Part shown: positions 26,628 through 36,756 of the stretch, in pieces
Layout of the letters: every line of letters begins with the position of its first letter
Numbering within the stretch: the first letter of the stretch is position 1
Assembly: GCA_041303965.1 (NCBI GenBank)
Contig: JBFYOD010000079.1
Span: forward strand, 10,224 to 74,223
Origin: Candidatus Aminicenantes bacterium
GTDB lineage: Bacteria; Acidobacteriota; Aminicenantia; Aminicenantales; Saccharicenantaceae
DNA length: 64,000 nucleotides
Direction of reading: 5' to 3'
Position numbers and translations under genes: made by a program
The notes under the pieces: generated by a model
Databases searched by the model: none
What the model saw: only the letters and a program-made list of their open reading frames with translations
Told to the model about the DNA's origin: nothing

Positions 26628-26813
26628 ATGGCAACTACAGCGCGCATGGCCAAAATGGTCAGGAAACCGAAATACGAGATACGGATCCGCCGCCGCTGCC
26701 GGCTCTGCGGCCGCTCCCGGGCCTATTACCGGAAGTTCGATCTCTGCCGCCTGTGCTTCCGCGAGCTCGCCCTCAAAGGGGAGATCCCGGGCGTCACGAA
26801 GTCGTCCTGGTGA
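26628..26813 (+). CDS. rpsZ: 30S ribosomal protein S14 type Z (zinc-binding)
   Basis: 61 aa, [38 protein letters not shown]. Confidence 0.96.
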   Translation: MATTARMAKMVRKPKYEIRIRRRCRLCGRSRAYYRKFDLCRLCFRELALKGEIPGVTKSSW

Positions 26814-26834
26814 CATCGGAGAAAGGAACGAACC

Positions 26835-27224
26835 ATGGATTCCATTTCAGATCTGCTCACCCGGATCCGTAACGGCGCGAAATCCAAAAAGAGGGAAGTC
26901 AACATGCCCTCCTTCCGGCTGGGGATCGAGGTCGTCAAGATCCTCAGGGAGGAAGGGTACATCAAGAACTTCAAGGTCATCGACGACAACAAGCAGGGGA
27001 TCCTCAATGTGACGCTCAAGTACACCGAGGACAACAAGAACGTCATCAGCGGCATCAAGCGGGTCAGCACGCCGGGCTGCCGGATCTACTGCACGAAAGA
27101 TTCCGTTCCCAAGGTCCTGGACGGCCTGGGTCTCGTCATCGTCTCCACCTCACGGGGCGTACTGACGGGGCGGTCGTGCGAGGAGCTGGGGGCGGGCGGC
27201 GAAGTCCTCTGCAGCATCTGGTAG
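26835..27224 (+). CDS. rpsH: 30S ribosomal protein S8
   Basis: 129 aa, DSISDLLTRIRNG motif. Confidence 0.96.
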   Translation: MDSISDLLTRIRNGAKSKKREVNMPSFRLGIEVVKILREEGYIKNFKVIDDNKQGILNVTLKYTEDNKNVISGIKRVSTPGCRIYCTKDSVPKVLDGLGLVIVSTSRGVLTGRSCEELGAGGEVLCSIW

Positions 27225-27242
27225 GCACGAAGAGAGGGTACC

Positions 27243-27788
27243 ATGTCAAGAGTCGGGAAAATGCCCATTACGATACCGGCGGGCGTGACCGTCACGCTCC
27301 ACCCGGACAGGATCGATTTCGAGGGGAAGCTGGGGAAGCTTTCCTCGCCGCTCCAGCCGGGTATTTCCGCCGCCCTGGAGGGGACGACCCTCGTCCTGGC
27401 CCGGTCTGACGAAAATCAGCAGTCCCGGGCCAATCACGGCCTCTGCCGGGCCCTGGCCCGGAACGCCGCCGCCGGGGTGTCCGAAGGGTACTCCAAGAAG
27501 CTGGAGATCTTCGGCGTCGGCTACAAGGCCAAGGTCGACAAGAGCAAGCTCGAGATCAGCCTGGGCTATTCCCGGCCGATCGTCTTCATCCTTCCCGAGG
27601 GCGTCGAGGTCGTCGCCGAGAAGCCCACGCTGCTCACCGTCCGGGGTATCGACCGGCAGAAGGTGGGCCAGGTCGCCGACAACATCAAGAGACTCCGCAT
27701 CCCGGACCCCTACAAGCAGAAGGGCGTCCGCTACCTCGGCGAGAAGCTCATTAAAAAAGAACGAAAGGCGGGGGTGACCGGTGCTTAA
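27243..27788 (+). CDS. rplF: 50S ribosomal protein L6
   Basis: 181 aa, MSRVGKMPITIPAGV. Confidence 0.96.
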   Translation: MSRVGKMPITIPAGVTVTLHPDRIDFEGKLGKLSSPLQPGISAALEGTTLVLARSDENQQSRANHGLCRALARNAAAGVSEGYSKKLEIFGVGYKAKVDKSKLEISLGYSRPIVFILPEGVEVVAEKPTLLTVRGIDRQKVGQVADNIKRLRIPDPYKQKGVRYLGEKLIKKERKAGVTGA

Positions 27789-28155
27789 AGACAAGACTAC
27801 CGAAAAGAAAGTGCGGGACGACCGTCTTCGGAAAAGGATCCGGGAGAAGGTCAAGGGGACGCCCGAGCGGCCCCGGGTCCACGTGTTCAAGAGCAACGCG
27901 TATGTCTATACCCAGGTGATCAACGACCGGGAGGGCTCGGTCCTCCTGACCGCTTCGACCCTGGAGAAGGAGTTCCGCGAGAAGGCCAAGAGCACCAAGA
28001 ACAAGGACGCCTGCGTCCTTCTCGGCGAACTCCTGGGCAAGCGGCTCAAGGCGGCCAAGATCGAACAGGTCGTTTTCGACCGGGGGGTCCACCCCTACCA
28101 CGGACGCATCAAGACCCTGGCGGAAGCCATTCGGAAAGAAGGCATCCAGTTCTGA
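27781..28155 (+). CDS. rplR: 50S ribosomal protein L18
   Basis: 124 aa, GTG start overlapping the rplF end. RPRVHVFKSNAYVYTQVI, FDRGVHPYHGRIKTLAE. Confidence 0.95.
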   Translation: MLKDKTTEKKVRDDRLRKRIREKVKGTPERPRVHVFKSNAYVYTQVINDREGSVLLTASTLEKEFREKAKSTKNKDACVLLGELLGKRLKAAKIEQVVFDRGVHPYHGRIKTLAEAIRKEGIQF

Positions 28156-28183
28156 GCGGACGGCCGAATAAGGAGAGACAAGC

Positions 28184-28702
28184 GTGGACGATCGTAAACA
28201 CAGGAAAGTCGGAGTTCTCGATGAAGACGGCATGGAGCTCAAGGACCAGGTCATTTCGATCCGCCGGGTCACGAAGGTCGTCAAGGGCGGCAAGAACATG
28301 AGCTTTTCGGCCCTCGTCGCCGTCGGCGACGAAAAGGGCCGGGTCGGCATCGGCAAGGGCAAGGCCCGCGAAGTCCCCCAGGCCATCGCCAAGGGCGTCG
28401 AAGCGGCGCGGAAAAGCATGATCCGGGTGCCCCTGGCCGAAACGACCATCCCCCATCTCGTCAAAGGGATGGACGGGGCCGGGCTGGTCGTCCTGCGTCC
28501 GGCCTCGAAGGGCACGGGCGTCATCGCCGGCGGCGCGGTCCGCGTCATCATGCAGCTCGCCGGCATCCGGGACATCCTGACCAAGTCCATCCGCAGCAAC
28601 AACCCCATCAGCGTCGCCAACGCGACCTTGGACGCCTTGAAAAGGATCCGGAACCCCGAGGACGTGGCCAAGATGCGCGGAAAGGCGAAAGGTGCGCTAT
28701 GA
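28184..28702 (+). CDS. rpsE: 30S ribosomal protein S5
   Basis: 172 aa, GTG start, [27 protein letters not shown]. Confidence 0.96.
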   Translation: MDDRKHRKVGVLDEDGMELKDQVISIRRVTKVVKGGKNMSFSALVAVGDEKGRVGIGKGKAREVPQAIAKGVEAARKSMIRVPLAETTIPHLVKGMDGAGLVVLRPASKGTGVIAGGAVRVIMQLAGIRDILTKSIRSNNPISVANATLDALKRIRNPEDVAKMRGKAKGAL

Positions 28703-28950
28703 CGGACAAAGAAGCCAAATCCAAGAAGACGCCGAAGCGCGCGGAGAAGCCGGCGGCCGCCACGAAGTACGTGAAGGTCACGCTCGTCCGGAGCCTCATC
28801 GGCTACCCCCGCATTCAGCATGAGACGGCCAAGGGCCTCGGCCTGCGCCGGCTCCAATCCCATGCGGTGCTCAAGGAGACTCCCGAGACGCTCGGGATGG
28901 TCCACAAGATCATCCACGTCCTCAAGGTGGAAACGGTGGAGAAGCCATGA
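28699..28950 (+). CDS. rpmD: 50S ribosomal protein L30 (with about 22-aa Lys-rich N-terminal extension if ATG 28699 is used)
   Basis: [28 protein letters not shown] core. ATGA overlap with rpsE supports the long form. An internal GTG start is possible. Confidence 0.88.
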   Translation: MTDKEAKSKKTPKRAEKPAAATKYVKVTLVRSLIGYPRIQHETAKGLGLRRLQSHAVLKETPETLGMVHKIIHVLKVETVEKP

Positions 28951-29393
28951 ACCTCAGCAACCTGAAACCGGCCCAAGGATCGAGGAAAGACCGTAAGAGA
29001 ATAGGGCGCGGCCCCGGCTCCGGCTGGGGCAAGACCGCCGGACGCGGCAGCAAGGGCCAGCTCCAGGGAAGCGGCTATTCCCGCAAGCGGGGTTTCGAGG
29101 GCGGCCAGATGCCTCTCACTCGGCGCATCCCCAAGCGCGGCTTCACCAACATCCACCGGATCGAAGCGACGGTCGTCAATCTGGACCGCCTGGCCAAGCT
29201 CCGGAAGGAAGAGATCCGGCCCAAGGACATGGCCGATCATGGCCTGATCAAAAAGGAATCCGAGCGGGTCAAGGTCCTCGGCAGGGGCGACCTCACTTCG
29301 GCCAAGACCATCCACGCCCACGAATTCTCTGAGTCGGCCGTGAAGAAGATCGAGGCCAAGGGCGGCCAGGCCGTCGTTATCGGGAAAGACTAA
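28947..29393 (+). CDS. rplO: 50S ribosomal protein L15
   Basis: 148 aa, GRGPGSGWGKTAGRGSKGQ motif. Confidence 0.96.
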   Translation: MNLSNLKPAQGSRKDRKRIGRGPGSGWGKTAGRGSKGQLQGSGYSRKRGFEGGQMPLTRRIPKRGFTNIHRIEATVVNLDRLAKLRKEEIRPKDMADHGLIKKESERVKVLGRGDLTSAKTIHAHEFSESAVKKIEAKGGQAVVIGKD

Positions 29394-30775
29394 TGTTAGA
29401 CAGCATCCGCAACATCTTCAGCATCCCCGAGCTGCGGAAGAGGGTCATCTTCACCCTCCTCCTCCTCGCGGTCTATCGGATCGGCGGGCAGATACCGAAC
29501 CCGGGCCTGAGCGCGGTGGCCTTGCAGGAGTTCTGGCAATCCCAGAAGGGCTCGCTGTTCGGTTTCATCGACCTGTTCTCCGGCGGGAACATGTCCCGGA
29601 TGACCATCTTCGCCCTGGGCATCATGCCCTACATCAGCGCGTCCATCATCCTGCAGCTGCTGACGGTCGTCTGGCCCTACCTCGAACGCCTGTCCAAGGA
29701 AGGGGAGCTCGGCCGGAAGAAGATCACCCAGTACACGCGCTACGGCACGATCGGCATCTGCCTCATCCAGGCCATCGGCATCGCCATCTTCCTCGAGGCC
29801 CTGAGGACTCCCGCAGGGGCCCGTATCGTCCTCAATCCGGGCTGGGGTTTCAAGCTCTTGACCGTCCTGACCCTGACGACGGGGACCGTTTTCGTCATGT
29901 GGCTCGGCGAGCAGATCTCGGAGCGCGGCATCGGCAACGGCATCTCGCTCATCATCTTCGCCGGCATCGTCGTCAGCTTCCCGACCGGGCTGAATCAAAT
30001 GATCTCCGGCCTGCGGACCGGCGACATGGACCCCCTCAAGATGATCTTCCTGGGTGCCATCATGGTCGCGGTCGTCGCTTTCATCGTCTTCGTCGAACGG
30101 GGTCAGCGCCGCATCCCCGTCTCCTACGCGAAACGGGTCGTCGGCCGAAAGGTCTATGGCGGCCAGAGCACCCACCTGCCGCTCCGCGTCAACACGGGCG
30201 GCGTCATCCCCATCATTTTCGCCGCCTCGGTCATCACCATCCCGGCCACGGCGGCCAACCTCATCAAGGTCCCCGTCATCCAGGCGGTCGCCGCCCAGTT
30301 CGGGCTGGGCATGCCCCTCTACAACCTGGTCTACATCGGAGCCATCATCTTCTTCACCTATTTCTATATCTCGATCATCTTCAACCCGGTCGATGTCGCC
30401 GACAACCTCCGCAAGTACGGCGGCTTCATCCCGGGCATCCGGCCGGGGAAGACCACCTCGGACTACATCGACGACGTCCTCAGCCGGATCACTCTCGCCG
30501 GCGCGATCTACCTCGCCGCGGTGGCCATCCTGCCCGAGTTCATGATCACGGGCTTCAAGGTCCAGGCCCTGCCCTGGATCGGCCCCTTCCTCGAGGCCAA
30601 CCTGCCCAAGTTCATCACCCAGGGCCTCGGCGTCCAATTCATGTTCGGCGGCACGTCGATCCTCATCGTCGTGGGCGTGGCCATGGACACGATGCAGCAG
30701 ATCGAAGCCCAGCTCGTCATGCGCCACTACGACGGCTTCATGCGCCGGAGCCGGATCAAGGGGAGAAGGGGATGA
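29393..30775 (+). CDS. secY: preprotein translocase subunit SecY
   Basis: 460 aa, multi-TM, FALGIMPYISASIILQLL motif. Confidence 0.96.
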   Translation: MLDSIRNIFSIPELRKRVIFTLLLLAVYRIGGQIPNPGLSAVALQEFWQSQKGSLFGFIDLFSGGNMSRMTIFALGIMPYISASIILQLLTVVWPYLERLSKEGELGRKKITQYTRYGTIGICLIQAIGIAIFLEALRTPAGARIVLNPGWGFKLLTVLTLTTGTVFVMWLGEQISERGIGNGISLIIFAGIVVSFPTGLNQMISGLRTGDMDPLKMIFLGAIMVAVVAFIVFVERGQRRIPVSYAKRVVGRKVYGGQSTHLPLRVNTGGVIPIIFAASVITIPATAANLIKVPVIQAVAAQFGLGMPLYNLVYIGAIIFFTYFYISIIFNPVDVADNLRKYGGFIPGIRPGKTTSDYIDDVLSRITLAGAIYLAAVAILPEFMITGFKVQALPWIGPFLEANLPKFITQGLGVQFMFGGTSILIVVGVAMDTMQQIEAQLVMRHYDGFMRRSRIKGRRG

Positions 30776-31443
30776 GGGTCATCCTCCTGGGCGCGCCCGG
30801 AAGCGGGAAGGGGACCGTGGCCGAAGGACTTCGTTCCGCCTACGGCTTCCCCAAGATCTCCACGGGAGACCTGCTTCGCGCGGCCGTCCGGGAGCGGACT
30901 CCCCTCGGCCTGGTAGCCGAATCCCAGATGGGCAAAGGCGGCCTCGTCGACGATGCGACCGTCCTGGCCCTCCTCAGCGAGCGCCTCGCCCGCGGGGATT
31001 GCCGCGACGGGTACACCCTCGACGGGTTTCCGCGCAACATCGCCCAGGCCGAGAGCCTGGAGGCGCTCGGCGCGTCCGGGCCGGAGGTCGTCTTCGACCT
31101 CCAAGTCGGCGAGGATGTCATCTTCCGCCGCCTGACCAACCGCCGCACCTGCCCTTCGTGCGAGGCGATCTACCACCTCATCACTAGGCCGCCGAAAAAA
31201 GAGGGGATCTGCGACGTCTGCGGGGCCGCGCTCGTCCAGAGGGCCGACGACAGGCCCGAGGTCATCGCCGAGCGGCTCAAGACCCATCACCTGAAAACCG
31301 AGCCCCTGATCGCCCGTTACGCGGCCAAGGGCACTCTGCACAGGATCGACGCCGGCCGGCCGGCCGAGGCGACTTTCGCCGAGGTCCGGAAGGTCCTGGA
31401 CGCCGTCAGGGGCGGGACCGCAAGACCGCGGGATGGACGATGA
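30772..31443 (+). CDS. adk: adenylate kinase (zinc-lid type)
   Basis: Internal ATG 30772 (ATGA overlap with secY): MRVILLGAPGSGKGT. Lid CPSC...CDVCG. Confidence 0.95.
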   Translation: MRVILLGAPGSGKGTVAEGLRSAYGFPKISTGDLLRAAVRERTPLGLVAESQMGKGGLVDDATVLALLSERLARGDCRDGYTLDGFPRNIAQAESLEALGASGPEVVFDLQVGEDVIFRRLTNRRTCPSCEAIYHLITRPPKKEGICDVCGAALVQRADDRPEVIAERLKTHHLKTEPLIARYAAKGTLHRIDAGRPAEATFAEVRKVLDAVRGGTARPRDGR

Positions 31444-32240
31444 TCATTTACAAGTCCGAAGCCGAACTCGAGGCCATGCGCCAGAGCAGCCGCATCGTGG
31501 CCGCGGTGCTCGGGGAGCTCGAGCCGCTCATCCGGGCCGGGATCCGGACGCGCGACCTCGACCTCTACGCCGAGAAGCGGACCCGCGAGCTCGGGGCCGT
31601 CCCGGCGTTCAAGGGCTACCGGGGCTACCCGGCCTCGGTCTGCATCTCGGTCAACGAGGAGGTCATCCACGGCATCCCTTCGGGCAGGATCCTCCAGGAG
31701 GGCGACATCGTCAGCCTCGATTTCGGCGTCCTCTACGAGGGATTCTTCAGCGACTCGGCCCTGACCGCGCCCGTTGGCCAGACGAGCCCGGAGGCCCGCA
31801 AGCTCATCGCCGCGGTCGAACGGTCGTTCTTCAAGGGCCTCGAGCAGATGAAAGAGGGGAACCGCCTGTCCGACATCTCGGCCGCCGTCCAGGCGTCGGT
31901 CGAGAGCGAGGGCTTTTCTGTCATCCGCCAGTTCATCGGCCACGGCATCGGCCGGGCCCTCCACGAGGAGCCCCAGGTACCGAATTTCGGCGCGCCGGGG
32001 CGCGGGCCGAAGCTCCGGCCGGGTATGACCCTGGCCATCGAGCCCATGATCGCCGCCGGCGGCTACGAGGTCGAGATCCTGGAGGACGGCTGGACGGCCG
32101 TGACCCGGGACCGGAGCCTCTCGGCCCATTTCGAGCACACGGTGGCCATGACCGAGAACGGGCCGGAGATCCTGAGCGCGAGGAAGCCGGATGCCGCCCA
32201 GCCGCGGACATCCCTCCTCAAGGAGAGCCCCCATGCCTAG
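31440..32240 (+). CDS. map: type I methionine aminopeptidase
   Basis: 266 aa, metal-ligand context [20 protein letters not shown]. Confidence 0.95.
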   Translation: MIIYKSEAELEAMRQSSRIVAAVLGELEPLIRAGIRTRDLDLYAEKRTRELGAVPAFKGYRGYPASVCISVNEEVIHGIPSGRILQEGDIVSLDFGVLYEGFFSDSALTAPVGQTSPEARKLIAAVERSFFKGLEQMKEGNRLSDISAAVQASVESEGFSVIRQFIGHGIGRALHEEPQVPNFGAPGRGPKLRPGMTLAIEPMIAAGGYEVEILEDGWTAVTRDRSLSAHFEHTVAMTENGPEILSARKPDAAQPRTSLLKESPHA

Positions 32241-32451
32241 ACAGGACATGTTCGAAGCAGAAGGCGTTGTCCGGGAAACACTCCCCAACGCCATGTTCCG
32301 GGTGGAACTCTCCAACAAGCACGTCATCCTGGCCCACATATCGGGCAAGATGCGCAAGCATTTCATCCGCATCCTGCCCGGCGACCGTGTCCTCCTGGAG
32401 CTTTCTCCCTACGACCTGACCAAGGGACGCATCACCTATCGATTCAAATAA
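32233..32451 (+). CDS. infA: translation initiation factor IF-1
   Basis: ATG 32233: [53 protein letters not shown]. Confidence 0.95.
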   Translation: MPRQDMFEAEGVVRETLPNAMFRVELSNKHVILAHISGKMRKHFIRILPGDRVLLELSPYDLTKGRITYRFK

Positions 32452-32463
32452 AAGGACGGGACG

Positions 32464-32577
32464 ATGAAAGTCAAAGCATCCGTGAAGAAGATCTGCCGGA
32501 ACTGCAAGATCGTCCGGCGCAAGGGCGTGGTGCGGGTCATCTGCTCCAACCCGAGGCATAAACAGAAACAGGGATAA
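32464..32577 (+). CDS. rpmJ: 50S ribosomal protein L36 (zinc form)
   Basis: Not in ORF track (37 aa). Manual translation [37 protein letters not shown]. Confidence 0.93.
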   Translation: MKVKASVKKICRNCKIVRRKGVVRVICSNPRHKQKQG

Positions 32578-32588
32578 ACGAGGTCAAC

Positions 32589-32969
32589 ATGGCAAGAATC
32601 GCAGGCATCACGCTTCCCCCCGACAAACGGATCGAGGTCGGGCTGACCTACATCTACGGGATCGGCAACTCCAAGTCCCGCAAGATCCTGGACGAAGCCA
32701 AGATCGACCGGAACAAGAAGGTCAAGGCCCTGTCCGAGGACGAGGTCAACAAGATCCGCCAGATCATCGAAAAACGGGAGAAGATCGAAGGCGACCTCCG
32801 TCAGGAAGTCACCATGAACATCAAGCGGCTGGTGGACATCGGCTGCTACCGGGGCCTCCGGCACAAGAAGAAACTTCCTGTCCGGGGCCAGCGGACGAAG
32901 ACCAACGCCCGGACCCGCAAGGGCGTCCGCGGTCAGCGGATCAAGAAACTCAAAGAGAAGAAAGTGTAA
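32589..32969 (+). CDS. rpsM: 30S ribosomal protein S13
   Basis: 126 aa, [26 protein letters not shown]. Confidence 0.97.
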   Translation: MARIAGITLPPDKRIEVGLTYIYGIGNSKSRKILDEAKIDRNKKVKALSEDEVNKIRQIIEKREKIEGDLRQEVTMNIKRLVDIGCYRGLRHKKKLPVRGQRTKTNARTRKGVRGQRIKKLKEKKV

Positions 32970-32984
32970 GGAGGGCCAGCGGAC

Positions 32985-33371
32985 ATGCCTAAACCCAGCG
33001 CCAAGAAGAAAAAGGTCAGGAAGGAGATCGGATTCGGGGTGGCCCACATCCAGTCCACCTTCAACAATACGATCATCACCATCGCCGACCACGTGGGCGC
33101 GACCATCGTTTGGGCCAGCGCCGGCACATCCGGTTTCAAGGGGGCCCGCAAGGGGACGCCCTTCGCCGCCCAGCTCGCGGCCAAGGATGCGGCCACCAAG
33201 GCCCGGGAGTTCGGTCTCCGCTACGTCGACGTCCGTCTCAAGGGACCGGGCGCGGGACGGGAATCCAGCATCCGCGCCATGCAGGCGGCCGGCCTCGAGA
33301 TCAAGTCCATCAAGGACGTCACGCCCATCCCGCACAACGGCTGCCGGGTCCGCCGCCGGCGGCGGGTCTGA
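32985..33371 (+). CDS. rpsK: 30S ribosomal protein S11
   Basis: 128 aa, [27 protein letters not shown]. Confidence 0.97.
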   Translation: MPKPSAKKKKVRKEIGFGVAHIQSTFNNTIITIADHVGATIVWASAGTSGFKGARKGTPFAAQLAAKDAATKAREFGLRYVDVRLKGPGAGRESSIRAMQAAGLEIKSIKDVTPIPHNGCRVRRRRRV

Positions 33372-33390
33372 GGGCCGGAAGGAGAGCACC

Positions 33391-34017
33391 ATGGCGAAAT
33401 ACGAAGGAGCCGATTGCCGGCTTTGCCGCGTCGAGAAGAACAAGCTGTTTTTCAAGGGCCACAAGTGCCTGACGGAGAAGTGCCCACTCGAACGGAGGGC
33501 CTACCCTCCGGGACAGCACGGGCGCTCGAGGAAGAGAGTGCTGGGCTACGCCATCCAGCTCCGTGAGAAGCAGAAGCTCAAACGGTTCTACGGCATGTCC
33601 GAAGAGCAGTTCCGGTTCTTCTTCGAACGGGCCGAGCGCCAGAAGGGGATCACCGGCGAAAACCTCCTGTCCATGCTCGAACGGAGACTGGACAATGTCG
33701 TTTACCTGATGGGGTTTTCCCTGTCCCGGGGGCACGCCCGCCAGCTCATCGGCCACGGGCACTTCCGGCTCAATGACCATAAGGCCGACATCGCGTCCGC
33801 CCTGGTCAAGACGGGGGACGTCGTCGCCTTCCGGCCGCGGTCGGCCAAGAGCGAGGACGTCCAGGCCGTCGTCGCCTCGAACCGGTCGAAGAACGTTCCC
33901 GGCTGGCTCGAGGTGGATTGGGAGAACTTGAGGGGCAAGGTCCGTGCGCTTCCGACGCGCCAGGACGTCACCCTTCCGGTCGAGGAACACCTGGTCGTCG
34001 AGCTGTACTCCAAGTAA
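33391..34017 (+). CDS. rpsD: 30S ribosomal protein S4 (N-terminal Cys4 form)
   Basis: Internal ATG 33391: MAKYEGADCRLCRVEKNKLFFKGHKCLTEKCPLERRAYPPGQHG. S4 RNA-binding domain. Confidence 0.95.
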   Translation: MAKYEGADCRLCRVEKNKLFFKGHKCLTEKCPLERRAYPPGQHGRSRKRVLGYAIQLREKQKLKRFYGMSEEQFRFFFERAERQKGITGENLLSMLERRLDNVVYLMGFSLSRGHARQLIGHGHFRLNDHKADIASALVKTGDVVAFRPRSAKSEDVQAVVASNRSKNVPGWLEVDWENLRGKVRALPTRQDVTLPVEEHLVVELYSK

Positions 34018-34059
34018 GGTCCCCGGACCGGTTGGAGGACATCTCCCAAAGGAGGTCAC

Positions 34060-35091
34060 ATGACAGAAATGAATTTTCAGAGGCCCAAGAACTTGGAGTG
34101 CGATTTCGACACGCTGACCGGGCAGTACGGGCGCTTCCAGGCCCAGCCGTTCGAGCGGGGATACGGAGTGACCGTGGGCAACGCCCTGCGGCGGATCCTC
34201 CTTTCGTCGGTCACCGGGGCCGCCATCACGGCCGTCCGCCTCCAAGGCGTTCTCCACGAGTTCTCGACCATCCCCGGGGTCGTGGAAGACGTCACCGACA
34301 TCATCCTCAACCTCAAGAGCATCCCCCTGAAGCTCCAGGGGAACGAGCCGAAACGGATGTCCCTCAAGAAGACAGGCCCCGTCCTGGTCAAGTCGTCGGA
34401 CATCTCCCGCGACAGCGACATCGAGATCCTCGACGAGAACCTTCCCATCGCCTCCCTCGACACCGACGGAACGCTCGAGGTCGAGATGGTCGTCAAGAAC
34501 GGGCGCGGCTACATCCCGGCCGACCAGAATTTCGACGAAGAGCAAAGCCTCGACTACATCCCGCTCGACTCCTCACACTCGCCCGTCCTCAAGGTCAACT
34601 ACAAGGTCGAGCCGGCCCGCGTCGGCAAGAGGATCGATTATGAAAGCCTGACCCTGGAGATCTGGACGACCGGGGCCGTCCGGCCCATGGACGCCCTGTC
34701 CCAGGCGGCCAAGATCATGCGCGACCACCTGGGCATCTTCCTGAACATCGTCGACGAGCCCCTCGAACGGGAAACGGCCACGTCGAAGAAGGAGATCCCC
34801 TACCTGCTCCAGGCCGATATCCTGGCCAAGACGATCGACCATCTGGAGCTCTCGGTCCGGTCCAACAACTGCCTCCGCTCGGCGGGCATCGAAAGGATCT
34901 ACGAGCTCGTGCAGAAGACCGAGGACGAACTCCTCAAGACGAAGAACTTCGGGCGCAAGTCCCTGGCCGAGATCAAGGAGACCCTGGTCAATTTGAACCT
35001 CGGGCTGAACCTCGAACTCCACCCCCGGCTCATCGAGCGGATCCAGGCGGACATCAAAGAAGGCACTCCCGAGAAGGAGATCGAGGCATGA
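34060..35091 (+). CDS. rpoA: DNA-directed RNA polymerase subunit alpha
   Basis: 343 aa, [11 protein letters not shown] motif and C-terminal [16 protein letters not shown] domain. Confidence 0.96.
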   Translation: MTEMNFQRPKNLECDFDTLTGQYGRFQAQPFERGYGVTVGNALRRILLSSVTGAAITAVRLQGVLHEFSTIPGVVEDVTDIILNLKSIPLKLQGNEPKRMSLKKTGPVLVKSSDISRDSDIEILDENLPIASLDTDGTLEVEMVVKNGRGYIPADQNFDEEQSLDYIPLDSSHSPVLKVNYKVEPARVGKRIDYESLTLEIWTTGAVRPMDALSQAAKIMRDHLGIFLNIVDEPLERETATSKKEIPYLLQADILAKTIDHLELSVRSNNCLRSAGIERIYELVQKTEDELLKTKNFGRKSLAEIKETLVNLNLGLNLELHPRLIERIQADIKEGTPEKEIEA

Positions 35092-35501
35092 GGCACCAGG
35101 TCAAGAAGGGAAAACTCGGAAGGAACACCGCCCACCGCCGGGCGGTCCTGCGCAACCTGGTGACGTCGTTCCTCGAGCGCGAGCGGATACGGACGACCCT
35201 GGCCAAGGCCCGGGCGACCCGCCCCATCGCGGAGAAGATGATCACCCTGGCCAAGCGGGGCACCCTCCATGCCCGCCGCCAGGCTCTATCCTACATGACC
35301 AAGGAAGAGGCCGTGCAGAAGCTATTCACGGATCTCGGCCCCCGTTTCGCCGAGAGGCCGGGCGGCTATACCCGGATCGTCAAGCTCGACAAGCGCATGG
35401 GGGACGGGGCTTCGATGGCCATGCTCGAGCTCGTCGGCGCGGAATTCAAGAAGAAGACGAAGAAGAAATCCAAGGACGGCAAAAAACCGGCCGCGAAGTA
35501 G
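35088..35501 (+). CDS. rplQ: 50S ribosomal protein L17
   Basis: 137 aa, [24 protein letters not shown]. Confidence 0.96.
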   Translation: MRHQVKKGKLGRNTAHRRAVLRNLVTSFLERERIRTTLAKARATRPIAEKMITLAKRGTLHARRQALSYMTKEEAVQKLFTDLGPRFAERPGGYTRIVKLDKRMGDGASMAMLELVGAEFKKKTKKKSKDGKKPAAK

Positions 35502-35520
35502 ATCGAACGATATTTACAGG

Positions 35521-35548
35521 GGCCAGACATTCGTCGGGCCCTTTTTTT
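35521..35548 (+). terminator. rho-independent terminator of the alpha operon
   Basis: GGCCAGAC-ATTC-GTCGGGCC hairpin (7 of 8 pairs) followed by C and T7 (35542-35548), 20 nt after the rplQ stop. Confidence 0.75.
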
Positions 35549-35556
35549 GTTTATCT

Positions 35557-35733
35557 CCCGATTGCGGGGAAGTTCCCTATTCGGCTTTGCTCAGGATATC
35601 GCCCTTTGCCCCCCGGCCCCCCCGGGGACCTGTCCCGACGGTCCCCCCACCTTCGGTGGGCCCCCCCCCGCTACGGGGGTCATCAGGGCGATATCCATCG
35701 CCGCCTCATGATGAACTTCCCGCATTTCGGGAA
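35557..35733. repeat. nested imperfect inverted-repeat element with C/G homopolymer core
   Basis: Outer arms CCCGATTGCGGGGAAGTTCC (35557-35576) vs GAACTTCCCGCATTTCGGG (35713-35733). Inner perfect 12-bp arms GGATATCGCCCT (35594-35605) / AGGGCGATATCC (35685-35696). Core has three short hairpins and C6-C9 runs. Confidence 0.6.
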
Positions 35734-35758
35734 TTGTGCCTATTGTATCGGGGTCCCC

Positions 35759-36670
35759 TTATTTAGCCCGCCGGGCGCCCTGATAGATCTTCTGCCAGTA
35801 GGCGTCCTTGAGCCGGTCGATCCGGACCGTGGGCGTTTCGTGGACCGTGGCGTTGATGAAATACTCGGCGTCGATCATCATGCCGACGTGGCCGATCTTG
35901 TTCTTGGCGCTGCCGAAGAAGACCAGATCCCCGGCCGCCTCGTCGCCCGCGGCCACTTCGGCAAGCCCGCTGCCCTCGAACTGGATGTCCGCGTCTCTCA
36001 GAATGGGGATGCCGCCCATCTTGTAGATGAGCTGGACGAACCCCGAACAGTCGAGGCCAAGAGGTGACGTCCCGCCCCAGAAGTAGGGGAGGCCGATGAA
36101 GCGCTTCGACAGGGCGACCATGTCTTCGGTCGATTTCCGCGACCAGACCAGGGGTGCCTCGCGGACCTCGCCGTCGCCCCGCTGGATCCAGACCCTAGAC
36201 CCGCAGGGGAGGTTGACCTCGAGCCAGCGCGCGTCGCGTTCTCCGACGATCTCGAGGACCGCGCTGATCGGGGCGACCTTGGCCGGCTTGCGCTTGGTGA
36301 CGTCCGGCTCGCGGTAGGTGTTGGCCAGGAGGCCAGTGACGACGAAGATCTTTCCGGAGGAGGCGTATGGTTTTTCGCCCGGCTTGAGGAGCCTCAGGGC
36401 CGAAGAGATGATCCAGCCCTTGTAGGTATCGGGCGTTTCGACCTGGTACCAGTCTTCGCCGTCGGCGTTCCTCTCTTTCTTGAGGATGCGGACGTTGTCG
36501 CCGAGCAGGGCCTGGCTGACCACGTCGGACGACGAGGTCGAGCGGCTGTGCATGTTCTCGACGGCGTTGATCACGACGGCCGCGGCCGGGTCGGCGGGCT
36601 TCTGGGCCGCCGGGAAGGCCAGGCCGGCGAGAACGGCGAACAGGACCGGGATGGTCGGTGTTTTCATCAT
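35759..36670 (-). CDS. NlpC/P60 (C40) family peptidoglycan endopeptidase with N-terminal SH3-like domains
   Basis: Signal peptide. C-terminal catalytic domain with DCSGFVQLIY...GHVGMMI... pattern, resembling YkfC-type gamma-D-Glu-L-Lys/DAP endopeptidases. Confidence 0.85.
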   Translation of the reverse strand: MMKTPTIPVLFAVLAGLAFPAAQKPADPAAAVVINAVENMHSRSTSSSDVVSQALLGDNVRILKKERNADGEDWYQVETPDTYKGWIISSALRLLKPGEKPYASSGKIFVVTGLLANTYREPDVTKRKPAKVAPISAVLEIVGERDARWLEVNLPCGSRVWIQRGDGEVREAPLVWSRKSTEDMVALSKRFIGLPYFWGGTSPLGLDCSGFVQLIYKMGGIPILRDADIQFEGSGLAEVAAGDEAAGDLVFFGSAKNKIGHVGMMIDAEYFINATVHETPTVRIDRLKDAYWQKIYQGARRAK

Positions 36671-36708
36671 CTTCGGACCTCCTTGGAGGTCATCATCATA
36701 CCAAATTT

Positions 36709-36737
36709 TCCGCTCTCAGGCGATTTCGGGTTATAAT
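36709..36737 (+). promoter_or_regulatory. candidate promoter of epimerase gene (weak -35, perfect TATAAT -10)
   Basis: TATAAT at 36732-36737. GAGAGG SD 7 nt before ATG 36757. Confidence 0.4.
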
Positions 36738-36756
36738 GCCGGCGAGAGGTGACGCC

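Noticed and set aside
35606-36067. 153-aa plus-strand ORF spanning the repeat element and the 3' end of the NlpC/P60 gene
   Set aside because: It starts inside the C-homopolymer repeat and is antisense to a well-supported gene. Its composition is Pro/Gly/Arg-rich and it has no SD.
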